Part shown: positions 24,914 through 34,893 of the stretch, piece after piece
How positions within the stretch are numbered: position 1 is the first letter of the stretch
Layout of the letters: every line of letters starts with the position of its first letter
From: a virus
Direction: 5' to 3' (one strand)
Virus record (IMG/VR): IMGVR_UViG_3300025872_003406
Coordinates: 1-64,000 of that record
DNA length: 64,000 nucleotides
Made by a program: the position numbers and the translations under genes
Notes under the pieces: model-generated
What the model was told of the DNA's origin: nothing
Databases searched by the model: none
The model's input: the letters and a program-made list of their open reading frames with translations, nothing else

Positions 24914-25840
24914 ATGTCATTCGCAAATCTAAAGAACAGTCGCTCTCGCGACATCGAGTTCATGAAGCAGCAGGCGCTCAAGGCCGGCGGCAATACGCCT
25001 AACGAGAAGTCCTATGAGGACAATCGTTTCTGGACGGCTGGAGTAGACAAGGCTGGTAACGGTTATGCCGTCTTCCGCTTTCTGCCTGCCGGTGAGGGAG
25101 AAGAACTGCCCTGGGTCCGTTATTGGGACCACGGCTTCAAGGGCCCGACGGGTAAGTGGTACATCGAGAACTCTCTGACCACGATCGGTCAGAAGGATCC
25201 GGTCTCGGATATGAACTCCAAGCTCTGGAACAGCGGTCTGGAGTCCGACAAGGAGCTGGTGCGTGCACGCAAGCGCCGTCTGCACTACGTCTCCAATATC
25301 CTGGTCATCTCTGACCCGGCCAATCCTGCCAATGAGGGCAAGGTGTTCCTCTTCAAGTACGGCAAGAAGATCTATGACAAGATCCTTGACTTGATGCAGC
25401 CTCAGTTCCAGGACGAGAAGCCGGTCAATCCGTTCGACTTCTGGACCGGTGCCGACTTCAAGCTGAAGATCCGTAACGTTGAAGGCTACCGCAACTACGA
25501 CAAGTCTGAGTTCTCGACTCCGGCTCCTCTGTTCGGTGGTGATGATGCTAAGCTCGAGGCTGTTTACAAGCAGCTTCACAAGCTGGCTGACTTCATCGAT
25601 CCGAAGAACTTCAAGTCCTATGCAGAGCTTGAGAAGCGCCTGAGGGACGTACTCGGTGAGGAAGGTCAGATCCTGACCACCGCCGAACGTACTCAGCTGG
25701 ATGAGAAGGTTGCGGCTCCTCGCCGTGCCTCTGCTGAAGCTCCGGCTCCTCGTGAGGTTGCAGCTCCAAAGGCTCCTGCAGCCGATGAAGAGGAAGAAGA
25801 GACGCTCAGCTACTTCGCCAAGTTGGCCAAGGAAGGCTGA
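24914..25840 (+). CDS. gp32: Single-stranded DNA-binding protein gp32
   Basis: DKAGNGYAVFRFLP, GKWYIENSLTTIG, NEGKVFLFKYGKKI, NPFDFW.GADFKLKIR, acidic tail LSYFAKLA. Confidence 0.97.
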   Translation: MSFANLKNSRSRDIEFMKQQALKAGGNTPNEKSYEDNRFWTAGVDKAGNGYAVFRFLPAGEGEELPWVRYWDHGFKGPTGKWYIENSLTTIGQKDPVSDMNSKLWNSGLESDKELVRARKRRLHYVSNILVISDPANPANEGKVFLFKYGKKIYDKILDLMQPQFQDEKPVNPFDFWTGADFKLKIRNVEGYRNYDKSEFSTPAPLFGGDDAKLEAVYKQLHKLADFIDPKNFKSYAELEKRLRDVLGEEGQILTTAERTQLDEKVAAPRRASAEAPAPREVAAPKAPAADEEEEETLSYFAKLAKEG

Positions 25841-25862
25841 TCTTTCTCTAGTCTATCTCAAA

Positions 25863-25895
25863 ACAAGAGCGGTCGAAAGGCCGCTCTTTTCTTTT
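25863..25895. terminator. Intrinsic terminator between convergent genes
   Basis: AAGAGCGGTC-GAAA-GGCCGCTCTTTTCTTTT. Confidence 0.85.
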
Positions 25896-27834
25896 ACAGC
25901 GACCAGTTCGCCAGAGGAGTGGTCATCCAGCTGGTACGGTCAGGAATGTTGTTGCTGTTGTATGTGACAGACTGGGCAGAGACGTTCGTGGTCTTCTTTC
26001 CGGAACCGCCTGACATCGATGGGATCATCGCCTTGGCAAGCTCGGCATTATCCTCAAGATCTCTGGTATTTGAGACCAGAGCAGACATCTCGGAACCAAT
26101 CGTAGAAGGTACTGCGCCAATCTTCGCCTGTGTCTGGCCTCCGTTAATGTTTTCCTCAAGAGCCTTGTAGAAAGCGTCCTGTGCACTCTTGAGCAGACCC
26201 CAGATTCCAGATTCTTCGCCCTCTGGCTTATTTGGGTCACCTAGTGTTTTTTCGGTAGCCTTATCAGTGACCGTTTGTGCCTGCTCTGCGATTTTCTTTG
26301 CTGCAGTTCTTTCCTGCGATGCAGCCACGATACTTTTTTGAGGGCTAGTAGCAGACTCTGCCTCAGTGATGGTATTTGTACCACCTAGGAGTTTCTTGAA
26401 GCTGAACTTTCTCAGTTCACCCATGTCAGCACCGAACCATTCTCCGACGTTTGCAATGGCGTTCTTCACGAGATCCATCGGCAGTGCTAGAAGGTACTTT
26501 GCTAGACCTCTGAAGATCTCAACCACTCCTCCCAGAATATCTCCGGACGAGAACTTGTCTGCGATATCGCCCCAAACATCGACGAGGGTCTGAAACACCA
26601 TCTCAAAGGTCTGACGTCCCCAGGCGACCAGACGACTTACGAATTCTTGGATGATATCGGTGAAGCTGAACGAATCGAGGAACGACTCGGCCTCGCTAAA
26701 TCCAAATTTACCGAGTATCCAGGAAACGGCACTCTTCAATAGATCCAGAGGAGCTCCGATGACTCGTCCTAGAAGTTCAGAAACTCCAGTCTCGAGGGCG
26801 GCTCCGATGTCTCCAGTTTTTCCAAACTTGTCGAATGCGGCCTGAACAGACTTGAATATGTCCCAGACGACTAGAAGTTTTCCGAAGATCACACCGAATA
26901 ACTTGCCGATCCCGAAGAACTTCTTGAAGCTACCGAGGAATGGCTCAATGGCCTTCATCAATGTGTTCTTCATGTTGGCAAAGAACTCACCAACCTTACC
27001 GAGAGATCCTCCCTTGGAGAATAGATTGCCGATCTTGCCGAACGTATCACCGATGAAGTCAGTGACGGGCTTGATAAAGTTCTTGATCTTACCAAATACC
27101 TCCTTGAATGGGGCAGCCAGTTTTGTCAGGAACTCACCGTTCAGACCGATCTTAGAAAGAAACTTTCCGACACCCAGGATCTTCGATAGTGACGAAAGTA
27201 TGCCGGTGAAGAGCTTGGTGAAATATCCTACGACGCCAGCCACAAATCCTGCCAATAGACCTCCGATGATAGCCAGCGGTCCTAGCAGTTTGGCCAGAAT
27301 ACCATCTTCTTTCGGTGCAGTTGGAGCTGTCGGCTTACTCTCAGGGCGGGCTCCCAGGCGCGCCAGAAGCTTCATCATCTCCGAGTCTCTTTCTTGCTGT
27401 TGTAGATCCTTCGTTCTCTGCGCAGATGCCTGTCTTCTATCGGATTCAACTAAGTAATTATAGGTAGCCGAAAGATCATTGGCAATGATCGACAGAGCGT
27501 TTCTCATCAGGCCGGAATAGTCTGACAACATCACGACTCCGGCCTCGACCGACTTCATCGTGGTCAGTAACTCCTCAGCTACCAGAAGTATTCCGTTAAG
27601 AGGCTGAAGTAGAACGGACAAATCACTACCACCCTGCACAAGTCCTTGGGCCTGAGCTGTAGCCGGAGCCTCCGAAGCCTCCTTTAGCGATTCCTTCGAG
27701 GCCTCAGAGACTGGTGTCAATAGATCGACAACCTTCAGCGCACTCGTCTGAATCTTGTCGAGTGTCTCATTCTGGACCATCAGTTCCAGAAGTATGTCGT
27801 CGAATGTGCGCTGTTGTTTGTCTTTTTCGTTCAT
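25894..27834 (-). CDS. Tape-measure-like / baseplate hub protein (gp29-like)
   Basis: Long amphipathic helical G/F/K-rich repeats; located after gp26/gp51. Confidence 0.65.
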   Translation of the reverse strand: MNEKDKQQRTFDDILLELMVQNETLDKIQTSALKVVDLLTPVSEASKESLKEASEAPATAQAQGLVQGGSDLSVLLQPLNGILLVAEELLTTMKSVEAGVVMLSDYSGLMRNALSIIANDLSATYNYLVESDRRQASAQRTKDLQQQERDSEMMKLLARLGARPESKPTAPTAPKEDGILAKLLGPLAIIGGLLAGFVAGVVGYFTKLFTGILSSLSKILGVGKFLSKIGLNGEFLTKLAAPFKEVFGKIKNFIKPVTDFIGDTFGKIGNLFSKGGSLGKVGEFFANMKNTLMKAIEPFLGSFKKFFGIGKLFGVIFGKLLVVWDIFKSVQAAFDKFGKTGDIGAALETGVSELLGRVIGAPLDLLKSAVSWILGKFGFSEAESFLDSFSFTDIIQEFVSRLVAWGRQTFEMVFQTLVDVWGDIADKFSSGDILGGVVEIFRGLAKYLLALPMDLVKNAIANVGEWFGADMGELRKFSFKKLLGGTNTITEAESATSPQKSIVAASQERTAAKKIAEQAQTVTDKATEKTLGDPNKPEGEESGIWGLLKSAQDAFYKALEENINGGQTQAKIGAVPSTIGSEMSALVSNTRDLEDNAELAKAMIPSMSGGSGKKTTNVSAQSVTYNSNNIPDRTSWMTTPLANWSL

Positions 27835-28031
27835 GTCAACTGTTTGTTCTTACGCTTGGCGCGTTCGTTTTCTTCCTTGATGTGTTCAACCAGCAAGGAA
27901 ACGTAGATCTCCCTCTCCCACGGAATCATGTTATCCAGCTCGGTCAGACTGTACTTGTGATGCTGCATTAGAGCAAAGTTGGTCTGGTAGTGGTTGACGA
28001 GACTATCATGAGAGAGGCCTACGAGAAAAAA
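27831..28031 (-). CDS. gp51: Baseplate hub assembly protein gp51-like (probably reached by -1 frameshift from gp26)
   Basis: YQTNFALMQHHKYSLTELDNMIPWEREIYV motif; no ATG immediately before the conserved block. Confidence 0.8.
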   Translation of the reverse strand, partial: FFLVGLSHDSLVNHYQTNFALMQHHKYSLTELDNMIPWEREIYVSLLVEHIKEENERAKRKNKQLT

Positions 28032-28729
28032 TTCTGGAGTCCTGTGAGAGTCAGGCTGTTGTCGGCACCACAGTGAGAACACTTGTACTCGATCTTGTGC
28101 TCTAGCTTCGGAGTCGATTCAATGAACTTCCTGATCTTATTGAATTGAGTCTGGTTCAGGGATTCGATGAACTGGTGGAGCTCCTCGGTGGTATGATCAG
28201 AGGCACGGTGCACGACCTTCTCATCGAAGATCGAATCGATACAACCGACGATGACTGACATGACCACCTTGCCGGTGTCTGACTTGTCCTGTTCGGCGAG
28301 CTCGGAGATGAGGTTGACGTTTGGCCAGTTCATCACGACGCCGATCTTATCTGTCAGCTGGATCTTGGCATCTGGCAGGTTCTCGGTGTTGACGGAGACT
28401 TCTTCCAGATTGATCTCAAGTGGATTCGGCTTCTCGCACTTCTCGCACTTCAATGTCAGCTTCGATACCTCTCCTACCGACTTGGCGCGTAGTTTCAGGA
28501 AGATGTACTCCAGGTCAAACACCGACAGTTTGTCAGGATCGATCTTTCCAAATGTGCAGGACGCGATCGTATCCTTGATGGCCTGGGTGATCTGTTTCTG
28601 ATCGTTCGACTCACGAGCGACCATCAGGATCTTCTCTTCCTTGACGAGGTATGGGCGATACTGAATTCGCTTGTTGCTGGACGGAAGTCTCAGCTCATAT
28701 TTTGGGGTCTCAATGACTGGTAATGGCAT
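28019..28729 (-). CDS. gp26: Baseplate hub assembly chaperone gp26-like
   Basis: MPLPVIETPKYELRLPS, YRPYLVKEEKIL, DLEYIFLKLRAKSVGE, two CxxC, GLQNFF. Confidence 0.9.
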   Translation of the reverse strand: MPLPVIETPKYELRLPSSNKRIQYRPYLVKEEKILMVARESNDQKQITQAIKDTIASCTFGKIDPDKLSVFDLEYIFLKLRAKSVGEVSKLTLKCEKCEKPNPLEINLEEVSVNTENLPDAKIQLTDKIGVVMNWPNVNLISELAEQDKSDTGKVVMSVIVGCIDSIFDEKVVHRASDHTTEELHQFIESLNQTQFNKIRKFIESTPKLEHKIEYKCSHCGADNSLTLTGLQNFFS

Positions 28730-28760
28730 AATGTTATCCTATAGGTTGATTTCGCTTGTC

Positions 28761-29423
28761 TCAAAAGATCTTCTTGATTCCTCCAATTGCTGTTTTGACC
28801 GAGGAGAGCGCCGATGCGACTGCACCCTCTTCCTCGAAGTTCTCATAGGTCATCGTGACCGAGAACTTCTGAATTGAATTCTCTGCGGTGTTGTCCAGCG
28901 GAATCGAAACAAATGTGATCGGATATGCATTCTTCAGCTTGATGCCGTAGACCGGAAGGTTCTCCTTGTTCAGCTGCTGTATGACGATGTCGGTGGTGTA
29001 TTCGTTCTGGTAACGAACACGATATGCATTGGCATCGATGACCAGGTTCGACCATTTGTCGAACATCTTCTTGACGTAGTAGTCATGGGTCAGCAGGAAA
29101 GTAAATGTGACGTCCTCATTCATGAAGCCGTACGGGATCTTGATCGCCTGGCGGTTGCTCTGATAATCCATCGTCATGATCTGACGGCCTGGTAGCGAGC
29201 ACGACTCGCACAGGATTCCGACATCTCGAGGATCATTGATGAGAGAGCTGGCCTTGAAGCTACGAGAGACCAGTGAAACCAGTATGTTCTGGATATCGAT
29301 GTTCAGAAGGCTTGCAGCTGGTGGCTGCATGTAGATCGCAAACCGATTTGTATGGGCCAGGCCACCATGCTTCGTGATGGTGCCTTTCATGTCGTTGATG
29401 CTTTTTCCGATGAGTGTGGCCAT
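28761..29423 (-). CDS. gp54: Baseplate tail-tube initiator (gp54-like, tail-tube fold)
   Basis: GLAHTNRF, LCESCSLPGR, LKNAYP, FSVTMTY. Confidence 0.7.
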   Translation of the reverse strand: MATLIGKSINDMKGTITKHGGLAHTNRFAIYMQPPAASLLNIDIQNILVSLVSRSFKASSLINDPRDVGILCESCSLPGRQIMTMDYQSNRQAIKIPYGFMNEDVTFTFLLTHDYYVKKMFDKWSNLVIDANAYRVRYQNEYTTDIVIQQLNKENLPVYGIKLKNAYPITFVSIPLDNTAENSIQKFSVTMTYENFEEEGAVASALSSVKTAIGGIKKIF

Positions 29424-29429
29424 AATAGT

Positions 29430-30026
29430 TTAGGCTTTCTGATAGATCTTCTTCGATTCGCTCCAGACCTTGGTCTTCTGGGCACCGCGGAAGTGTTCCG
29501 TCGGAAGGAAGATCGCGATCTCCCAGTCGGGAGCCAGGACCTGTGAAGGACGTGTCTTCATCTGGTCAAATAGGTAGTGCTTCAGGCAGGGCTGAAAGTA
29601 GCGGTGTTTTCTGGCACGTGCGAGCGTCTCGTACCTAAGTCTTAGCTTGGATCTCTCTGTCAGATTATCATCAGTGAACGACTGCATTAGGCTGTCCAGG
29701 AAGATCGCCCTGGTGTTTGGATGCAGGTAATGCAGGTTGAGCCCCAGGAAACCACCGGGAGCCGGAGACAACATGATCACCAGCGGAAAACGATCGTAGT
29801 ACGGTAGAGTGTCCTTGTGCAGAGCATCGTACACAAACATGTACATAAATCCCCATCTCGGGATATTCTTCTGCTGAAGAGCTTCATCCTTCAGGAGTTT
29901 ATTGCGATTGATTCTCCCGTTGAGCTCTTTGATCTTCTCTGTAAACCATTCTCTGGCTTCCTTGGACCTGCGCTCAAACCCAGTGCTGGCCAGCTCTGAA
30001 CTTAGCGTTTTGAATAGTGAAGCCAT
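29430..30026 (-). CDS. gp2: DNA end protector protein gp2
   Basis: MYMFVYD..HKDTLPYYDRFPLV, FLGLNLHYL, PCLKHYL, FLPTEHF. Confidence 0.93.
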   Translation of the reverse strand: MASLFKTLSSELASTGFERRSKEAREWFTEKIKELNGRINRNKLLKDEALQQKNIPRWGFMYMFVYDALHKDTLPYYDRFPLVIMLSPAPGGFLGLNLHYLHPNTRAIFLDSLMQSFTDDNLTERSKLRLRYETLARARKHRYFQPCLKHYLFDQMKTRPSQVLAPDWEIAIFLPTEHFRGAQKTKVWSESKKIYQKA

Positions 30027-30033
30027 AGTTCAC

Positions 30034-30041
30034 TATTTATA
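30034..30041 (-). promoter_or_regulatory. T4-type late promoter
   Basis: TATAAATA on the minus strand, 7 nt before the gp2 start. Confidence 0.8.
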
Positions 30042-30050
30042 GAGAAATTT

Positions 30051-30491
30051 CTAAAGTATCTTGATGCCCAGTCCACGCAGAGTCTCTTCAGTCCATACCT
30101 CGAACGACCAACCACGATCTGCGGCATATTCCTTGGCCGCTTCCCACTTGCTGATGTTCTTCGCGTAGGTCATGACCTCGGTGATGTACTTACGTGTCTT
30201 CTTGCCAGGATTCTTTGGAGGCTGAGATTCCTTCTTCGGCTTCACCTCGATCAGTATGACCCTGCCATCCGTGAACTCAGCCTTGACATCGACGAAGTAG
30301 CGATGGATCTTGCCATCCGTCTTACACCGGTATGGCACCACAACCTCCTCCGAGGACCATGATTTGATGTGAGATCCCTCGTCTAGCCACCGAAAGAGTT
30401 GACGCTCCCACAGCGACCGATAGACGATGTTTGTGATATCGCCTCGGTACTTCGAAGGGTTCTGTGGAAGGAATTTACCTCGGTAACTCAT
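30051..30491 (-). CDS. gp4: Head completion nuclease gp4
   Basis: YRGKF.P.NPSKYRGD, IVYRSLWE, WSSEE, HRYFVD, IEVKP, N..KWEAA. Confidence 0.93.
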   Translation of the reverse strand: MSYRGKFLPQNPSKYRGDITNIVYRSLWERQLFRWLDEGSHIKSWSSEEVVVPYRCKTDGKIHRYFVDVKAEFTDGRVILIEVKPKKESQPPKNPGKKTRKYITEVMTYAKNISKWEAAKEYAADRGWSFEVWTEETLRGLGIKIL

Positions 30492-30498
30492 ATAAATA
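30491..30498 (+). promoter_or_regulatory. T4-type late promoter
   Basis: TATAAATA upstream of gp48. Confidence 0.8.
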
Positions 30499-30513
30499 TC
30501 CAATCACATATTT

Positions 30514-31386
30514 ATGTCACTTATCGACACAGCACAAAATATAGCTAGAGTAACGAATTCAGAGACATTGGTGATGCCTCAATTTAGAGTGTTCGGTTCG
30601 CAATCGAATGCTCTGACCTTCCCAGATACTCTTCGGAAGAACCCTCTACCATTTGTTCTTTTTACTGCTCTCGGTAAGTCTCAAAGCCCGGCGATTAGTT
30701 TACCAATACCTCCAGGATTGACGATCGGCGACGGAATGTCGTACTCATCAATGAACCTAGGTATTATTGGCACTATCATGGCTGAAACGATGACTCAGAT
30801 GGGAAAACAAACATCTGTTTCTGGAGTGATTGGAGCCGGAGTGGGAGGGATGGTAGGTTCAGTGATCAATAAAGCGGGTCAGTTGAATGCCGCAGCGGCC
30901 GCATCGATATTGGCCAGAAAATTTGGATTCGAAACCGTTGCCGACACAGTTGACTTCAGTCAACGACAGGTCATCGCTCCAAATACGAATACAACTTTTC
31001 AGAACTCGAATATCCGATCATACTCTTTTACATTTAAACTCGTTTCTCGATCGAAGAAAGAAGCTGAGACGATCAAGAGGATCGTAGACATGTTCAGAGA
31101 ATATATGTACCCAGAGGGTAAAGATGTAGTCCTATCGTATCCTCCGATATGGAACATCTCTTTCTATGATAAAGATGCCGTGGTTAATCCATATCTTCCT
31201 AAGATCTATGATTGCTATCTGACCGGAATGACTGCGACATTCAACGCTTCCACGAATATCTTCCACGAAGATGGAAGCCCGGTCGAGACCGATGTGGCTT
31301 TATCGTTCCAGGAAACTCGTGCCCTGACGAAGAAGGATATTCAAGATTTGGAAAGAGGAGAGACGAGAACAACCGAATCTGTATAA
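30514..31386 (+). CDS. gp48: Baseplate tail-tube cap gp48
   Basis: RSYSFTFKL..RSKKEA..I..I...FR..MYP, YPP, CYLT, DGSPV...LSFQE. Confidence 0.85.
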   Translation: MSLIDTAQNIARVTNSETLVMPQFRVFGSQSNALTFPDTLRKNPLPFVLFTALGKSQSPAISLPIPPGLTIGDGMSYSSMNLGIIGTIMAETMTQMGKQTSVSGVIGAGVGGMVGSVINKAGQLNAAAAASILARKFGFETVADTVDFSQRQVIAPNTNTTFQNSNIRSYSFTFKLVSRSKKEAETIKRIVDMFREYMYPEGKDVVLSYPPIWNISFYDKDAVVNPYLPKIYDCYLTGMTATFNASTNIFHEDGSPVETDVALSFQETRALTKKDIQDLERGETRTTESV

Positions 31387-31389
31387 TCC

Positions 31390-32196
31390 ATGGCATTCTT
31401 TCGACAATTTCCAAAGACCGGGTATGACTTCGAGTCTAACGGTGTCATCACGAAGATCATCGACATCTTTCGTACGGTTAGAGCCGATTCAGTATTCCTG
31501 GATGACATGTCCACGTACCAGTATTTTCAGGTACGAAATGGTGAAAGACCTGATGTCATATCAAACATTCTCTATGGAACTCCAGAATACTACTGGACGT
31601 TTTTCGTTATCAATGAACACCTAAAGACGGGACTCTCTGGATGGCCAATGGGTACGGCGGAGTTTGAGGATTACATCCGTCTAGAGTATTCTGGAACTGT
31701 GATCGACACTGAGCCAGTCGTGGTCAAAACTCCCGATGGAACAGTAGCGAGATATGACAACTCATTGGCTGGAAGATTTACGATCGGAGAGACGATCACT
31801 GGAGCAACATCGCTTGCGACGGGAATATTGAAGGAAAAGAACGTCCCGATGAGTCAGCTGATACTGGGATCAGTATCTGGTAACTTCAGAGAACCAGAAA
31901 GCATCACGGGTGCTACCAGCGGTAGTTCGGTCGTTACGAGTCAGGTATACCTGCATCGCGATGCCCCTCACCACTACGAAGATCCGAATGGGCTGGAAAT
32001 GTACAACTCTCGATTTATCGATGAGGATCTGACCATTGCTGGAGTCCAGCCAAATGCTGCCGACTTTAGTCTCACGCCAGTATCCTATTACGAGTACGAA
32101 CTACAATTGAATGAAGAGCGCGGAAACATCCGAATCGTGAGACCGAATATGATCTACCAGTTCGCTCAGGTGTTCGGAAAACTCATCAATGAGTAG
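31390..32196 (+). CDS. gp53: Baseplate wedge subunit gp53
   Basis: FFRQFPK..YD, GERPD.IS..LYG.PEYYW, WPM, YEYE..LNE. Confidence 0.9.
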   Translation: MAFFRQFPKTGYDFESNGVITKIIDIFRTVRADSVFLDDMSTYQYFQVRNGERPDVISNILYGTPEYYWTFFVINEHLKTGLSGWPMGTAEFEDYIRLEYSGTVIDTEPVVVKTPDGTVARYDNSLAGRFTIGETITGATSLATGILKEKNVPMSQLILGSVSGNFREPESITGATSGSSVVTSQVYLHRDAPHHYEDPNGLEMYNSRFIDEDLTIAGVQPNAADFSLTPVSYYEYELQLNEERGNIRIVRPNMIYQFAQVFGKLINE

Positions 32197-33529
32197 ACAA
32201 AACAACGTTGATCTTAATTCATCTAAGATCTTTGTACCATCGGCGTACAGAGCCTCGGAGATCGTAATCAGAAATCATGCAGGTAAGGAATACGACATCA
32301 AGAGAATTGTAGCCGATTTTACCATCACTGAGAGCATATATCGATCGACTCTCACCCTGAATATCGGAATCCGTGATGATGGAAATTTCATGGAGCAGGC
32401 TGCTCTTACCGGGCACGAATGGATCTATGTTGTACTCGACCGAACTTTACCGAATGGAACATCTCAGAACATCAGTCTATGGTTCCGAGTGACAGAATAT
32501 CCGGTATTTGCCAAATACAATAACAATGTCCAGGTGTATCGCATCGGAGGAATATCCGATCATGCGTTCGTCTCAAAGTTCAAGAAGATCTCCCGGGCAT
32601 TCAACGGTAAAATATCGGATTTTATTCATAACGTTTTCCGTAATGATCTTGGCTACGATAATCTAGAATTCGGATCAGATACCACCGGCACGGCGGCATT
32701 CATTGTTCCGAACATGGAGCCGATCGATGCTATGCATTGGGCACTCCGTAGAGCCTTTACTCAGGAAGGAAGTCCGTTCTATCTTTACCAGACACTCGAT
32801 GGGAAGATACACCTCAAATCTCAGGCGGATATCATCAGACAAGATCCGTACAAAGAATACCGAGACGCAAAGTTTTTTCAATACGATATTAATCGCGACC
32901 CAGAGGAGGCATACGAAGAAAGGGCGCTACGCATTCTGAGCATCAATTCTGATCTTAGTCTCTCGAAGCCGGCTCAGGGAATGAACGGAGCTTTTGCCTC
33001 CCGCAGCGAATACATCGATATTGCCACGAAAACCGCCTCAGCATTCAAATTTGATTACCTCGAAAACGTCTCAAGGTTTCCTACAATAGAGGCATATCCG
33101 TTCGTTGCGCCTAATTTCGAGATCGACAATCAGAAATACATCAATTCCTACGATAGGACCAAGATTAACTACATACCTATCAATTCCGCTGCATTCTCAA
33201 ATGTCGGAAACTATCACGCCCCGACATCCAGAGGCATCATAAACTATGCTCAGTCTCAGCTGGAGACACTAGATACACAGCAGCATACTATCGTTTTGAA
33301 TGGAGATCTAGAGCTTAACTGTGGAAAGGTTGTTTCTTTACGAATCCCTCCGGCAGTAGATCCGAAACCAGCGAAGAAAAATTCACATTCCTCCGATAAC
33401 AATCAGGTTGATGATTATCTTTCCGGAAACTATGTGGCGGCATCGGTCGTCCATAATTTTGCTGAGGAATACTTTATCGACATGAAGGTGAAACGAGATA
33501 CATCACCAGTGACACCATTTGCATCATGA
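32189..33529 (+). CDS. Baseplate hub protein (gp27-like)
   Basis: ITESIY, IVPN..PI.A..W, FYLYQT, YLSGNY motifs; lies between gp53 and gp5. Confidence 0.7.
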   Translation: MSRQNNVDLNSSKIFVPSAYRASEIVIRNHAGKEYDIKRIVADFTITESIYRSTLTLNIGIRDDGNFMEQAALTGHEWIYVVLDRTLPNGTSQNISLWFRVTEYPVFAKYNNNVQVYRIGGISDHAFVSKFKKISRAFNGKISDFIHNVFRNDLGYDNLEFGSDTTGTAAFIVPNMEPIDAMHWALRRAFTQEGSPFYLYQTLDGKIHLKSQADIIRQDPYKEYRDAKFFQYDINRDPEEAYEERALRILSINSDLSLSKPAQGMNGAFASRSEYIDIATKTASAFKFDYLENVSRFPTIEAYPFVAPNFEIDNQKYINSYDRTKINYIPINSAAFSNVGNYHAPTSRGIINYAQSQLETLDTQQHTIVLNGDLELNCGKVVSLRIPPAVDPKPAKKNSHSSDNNQVDDYLSGNYVAASVVHNFAEEYFIDMKVKRDTSPVTPFAS

Positions 33530-34887
33530 ACGCTACATCACAGGACCAACTACTATCAAAGTCATTTTCTTGGTTTACTGGTGTCGTAGAAGATATCAGC
33601 GATCCCATGCAGATGGGTAGAGTACGTGTACGATGCTTCGGCTATCACACCGAGGATAAAAGTCAGATCGAGACAAAGGACCTACCATGGGCATTTGTAG
33701 TTCAGCCTGTCACTTCTGCGGCGATGGGCGGAATCGGAACATCGCCAACTGGAATACTACCAGGATCCTGGGTTGTTGGTTTCTTCCGTGATGGTCCATC
33801 GGCGCAGGATCCTCTGATCCTCGGCACGATTGCGTCGATGCCGGTTGCTCCTGATACAGCTAGAGGATTTTCCGATCCATCCGGTCAGTATCCTAGATCA
33901 AGTCGACTGGGTAGTGTGGATATTCCGAAACAATCGACAGGAGAATATACTCAAGCACCATCGTATGTTCGTAGGAATGATCTACGTGCTCAAAATATCG
34001 AAACAGCCGTTCCCCCTAAAGTTAGCAGCGTGGCGGTCGATGAACCAGATTCGTACTACACGAGAAGCACCTGGAGCAATCTAGAAATAGACCAGGTGGT
34101 ATCGCCGTCATATCCTAACAATCATGCACGGGAAACGACCTCAGGTCACGTGTTTGAGGTGGATGACACTCCGAATTATGAGCGCATTGCTGAAATGCAC
34201 GCATCAGGCACATACCGTGAGATCGATGCCACCGGTAACATTACCACCACAGTCGTTGGAAATCGATATACGGTGGTCTTTGAGTCGGATAACATCTACA
34301 TCATGGGATCCTGTAACATCACCGTGGATGGAGACCTGAAGCAGCTAGTAAAGGGCAACTATCACCTAGAGGTCGAAGGAAATAAGACTGAGTACATCAA
34401 GGGATCCAGACAGTCAAAGATTGGTCAGTCCGAGCAGACCGAGATCGGGAAAGAATGGGCCACAAACGTCACGAGCAATAAGATCGAACGTGTCGGTGGC
34501 AATACAGTCATCACGATAGACGGTGACAAGGTACAAACGATTGCTGGGAACAGTGACCTGACTGTGGCCGGAAACAACGGGCTCATCGTGGTTGGCAAAC
34601 ATCAAGAATTTTCTGGAGGTCATCACGAGACATCTTCATCCGGGCATCTCTTCCTGACATCCAAGGAAAACATTGAATTTGAGTCCCTGGCAGCGATGAA
34701 GATCACTGTCGACGGTAATCAGGATATCAGCGCAGCTGTCACCAATATCGCCAATAACGTGAACGTCACTGGAACAGTGGATGCAACAGTTGAGGTCGAG
34801 GCTGGATCGAATAACATCAAGCTCACCACGCACCGCCACTCCGGTGTTCAGGCCGGACTCTCGAATACTGCTACGCCAATACCATAA
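33526..34887 (+). CDS. gp5: Baseplate central spike gp5 (OB-fold + beta-helix, no lysozyme domain)
   Basis: WFTGVVED..DP..MGRVRVRCFGYH, LPWA, VVGFFRDG, SGHVFEVDDTP, C-terminal HRH. Confidence 0.93.
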   Translation: MNATSQDQLLSKSFSWFTGVVEDISDPMQMGRVRVRCFGYHTEDKSQIETKDLPWAFVVQPVTSAAMGGIGTSPTGILPGSWVVGFFRDGPSAQDPLILGTIASMPVAPDTARGFSDPSGQYPRSSRLGSVDIPKQSTGEYTQAPSYVRRNDLRAQNIETAVPPKVSSVAVDEPDSYYTRSTWSNLEIDQVVSPSYPNNHARETTSGHVFEVDDTPNYERIAEMHASGTYREIDATGNITTTVVGNRYTVVFESDNIYIMGSCNITVDGDLKQLVKGNYHLEVEGNKTEYIKGSRQSKIGQSEQTEIGKEWATNVTSNKIERVGGNTVITIDGDKVQTIAGNSDLTVAGNNGLIVVGKHQEFSGGHHETSSSGHLFLTSKENIEFESLAAMKITVDGNQDISAAVTNIANNVNVTGTVDATVEVEAGSNNIKLTTHRHSGVQAGLSNTATPIP

Positions 34888-34893
34888 TCTGCC

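Noticed and set aside
28032-28082. Upstream extension of the gp51 ORF as given in the ORF track
   Set aside because: It lies inside gp26 and has no similarity to gp51 or a clear initiation signal; the frameshift model fits better.
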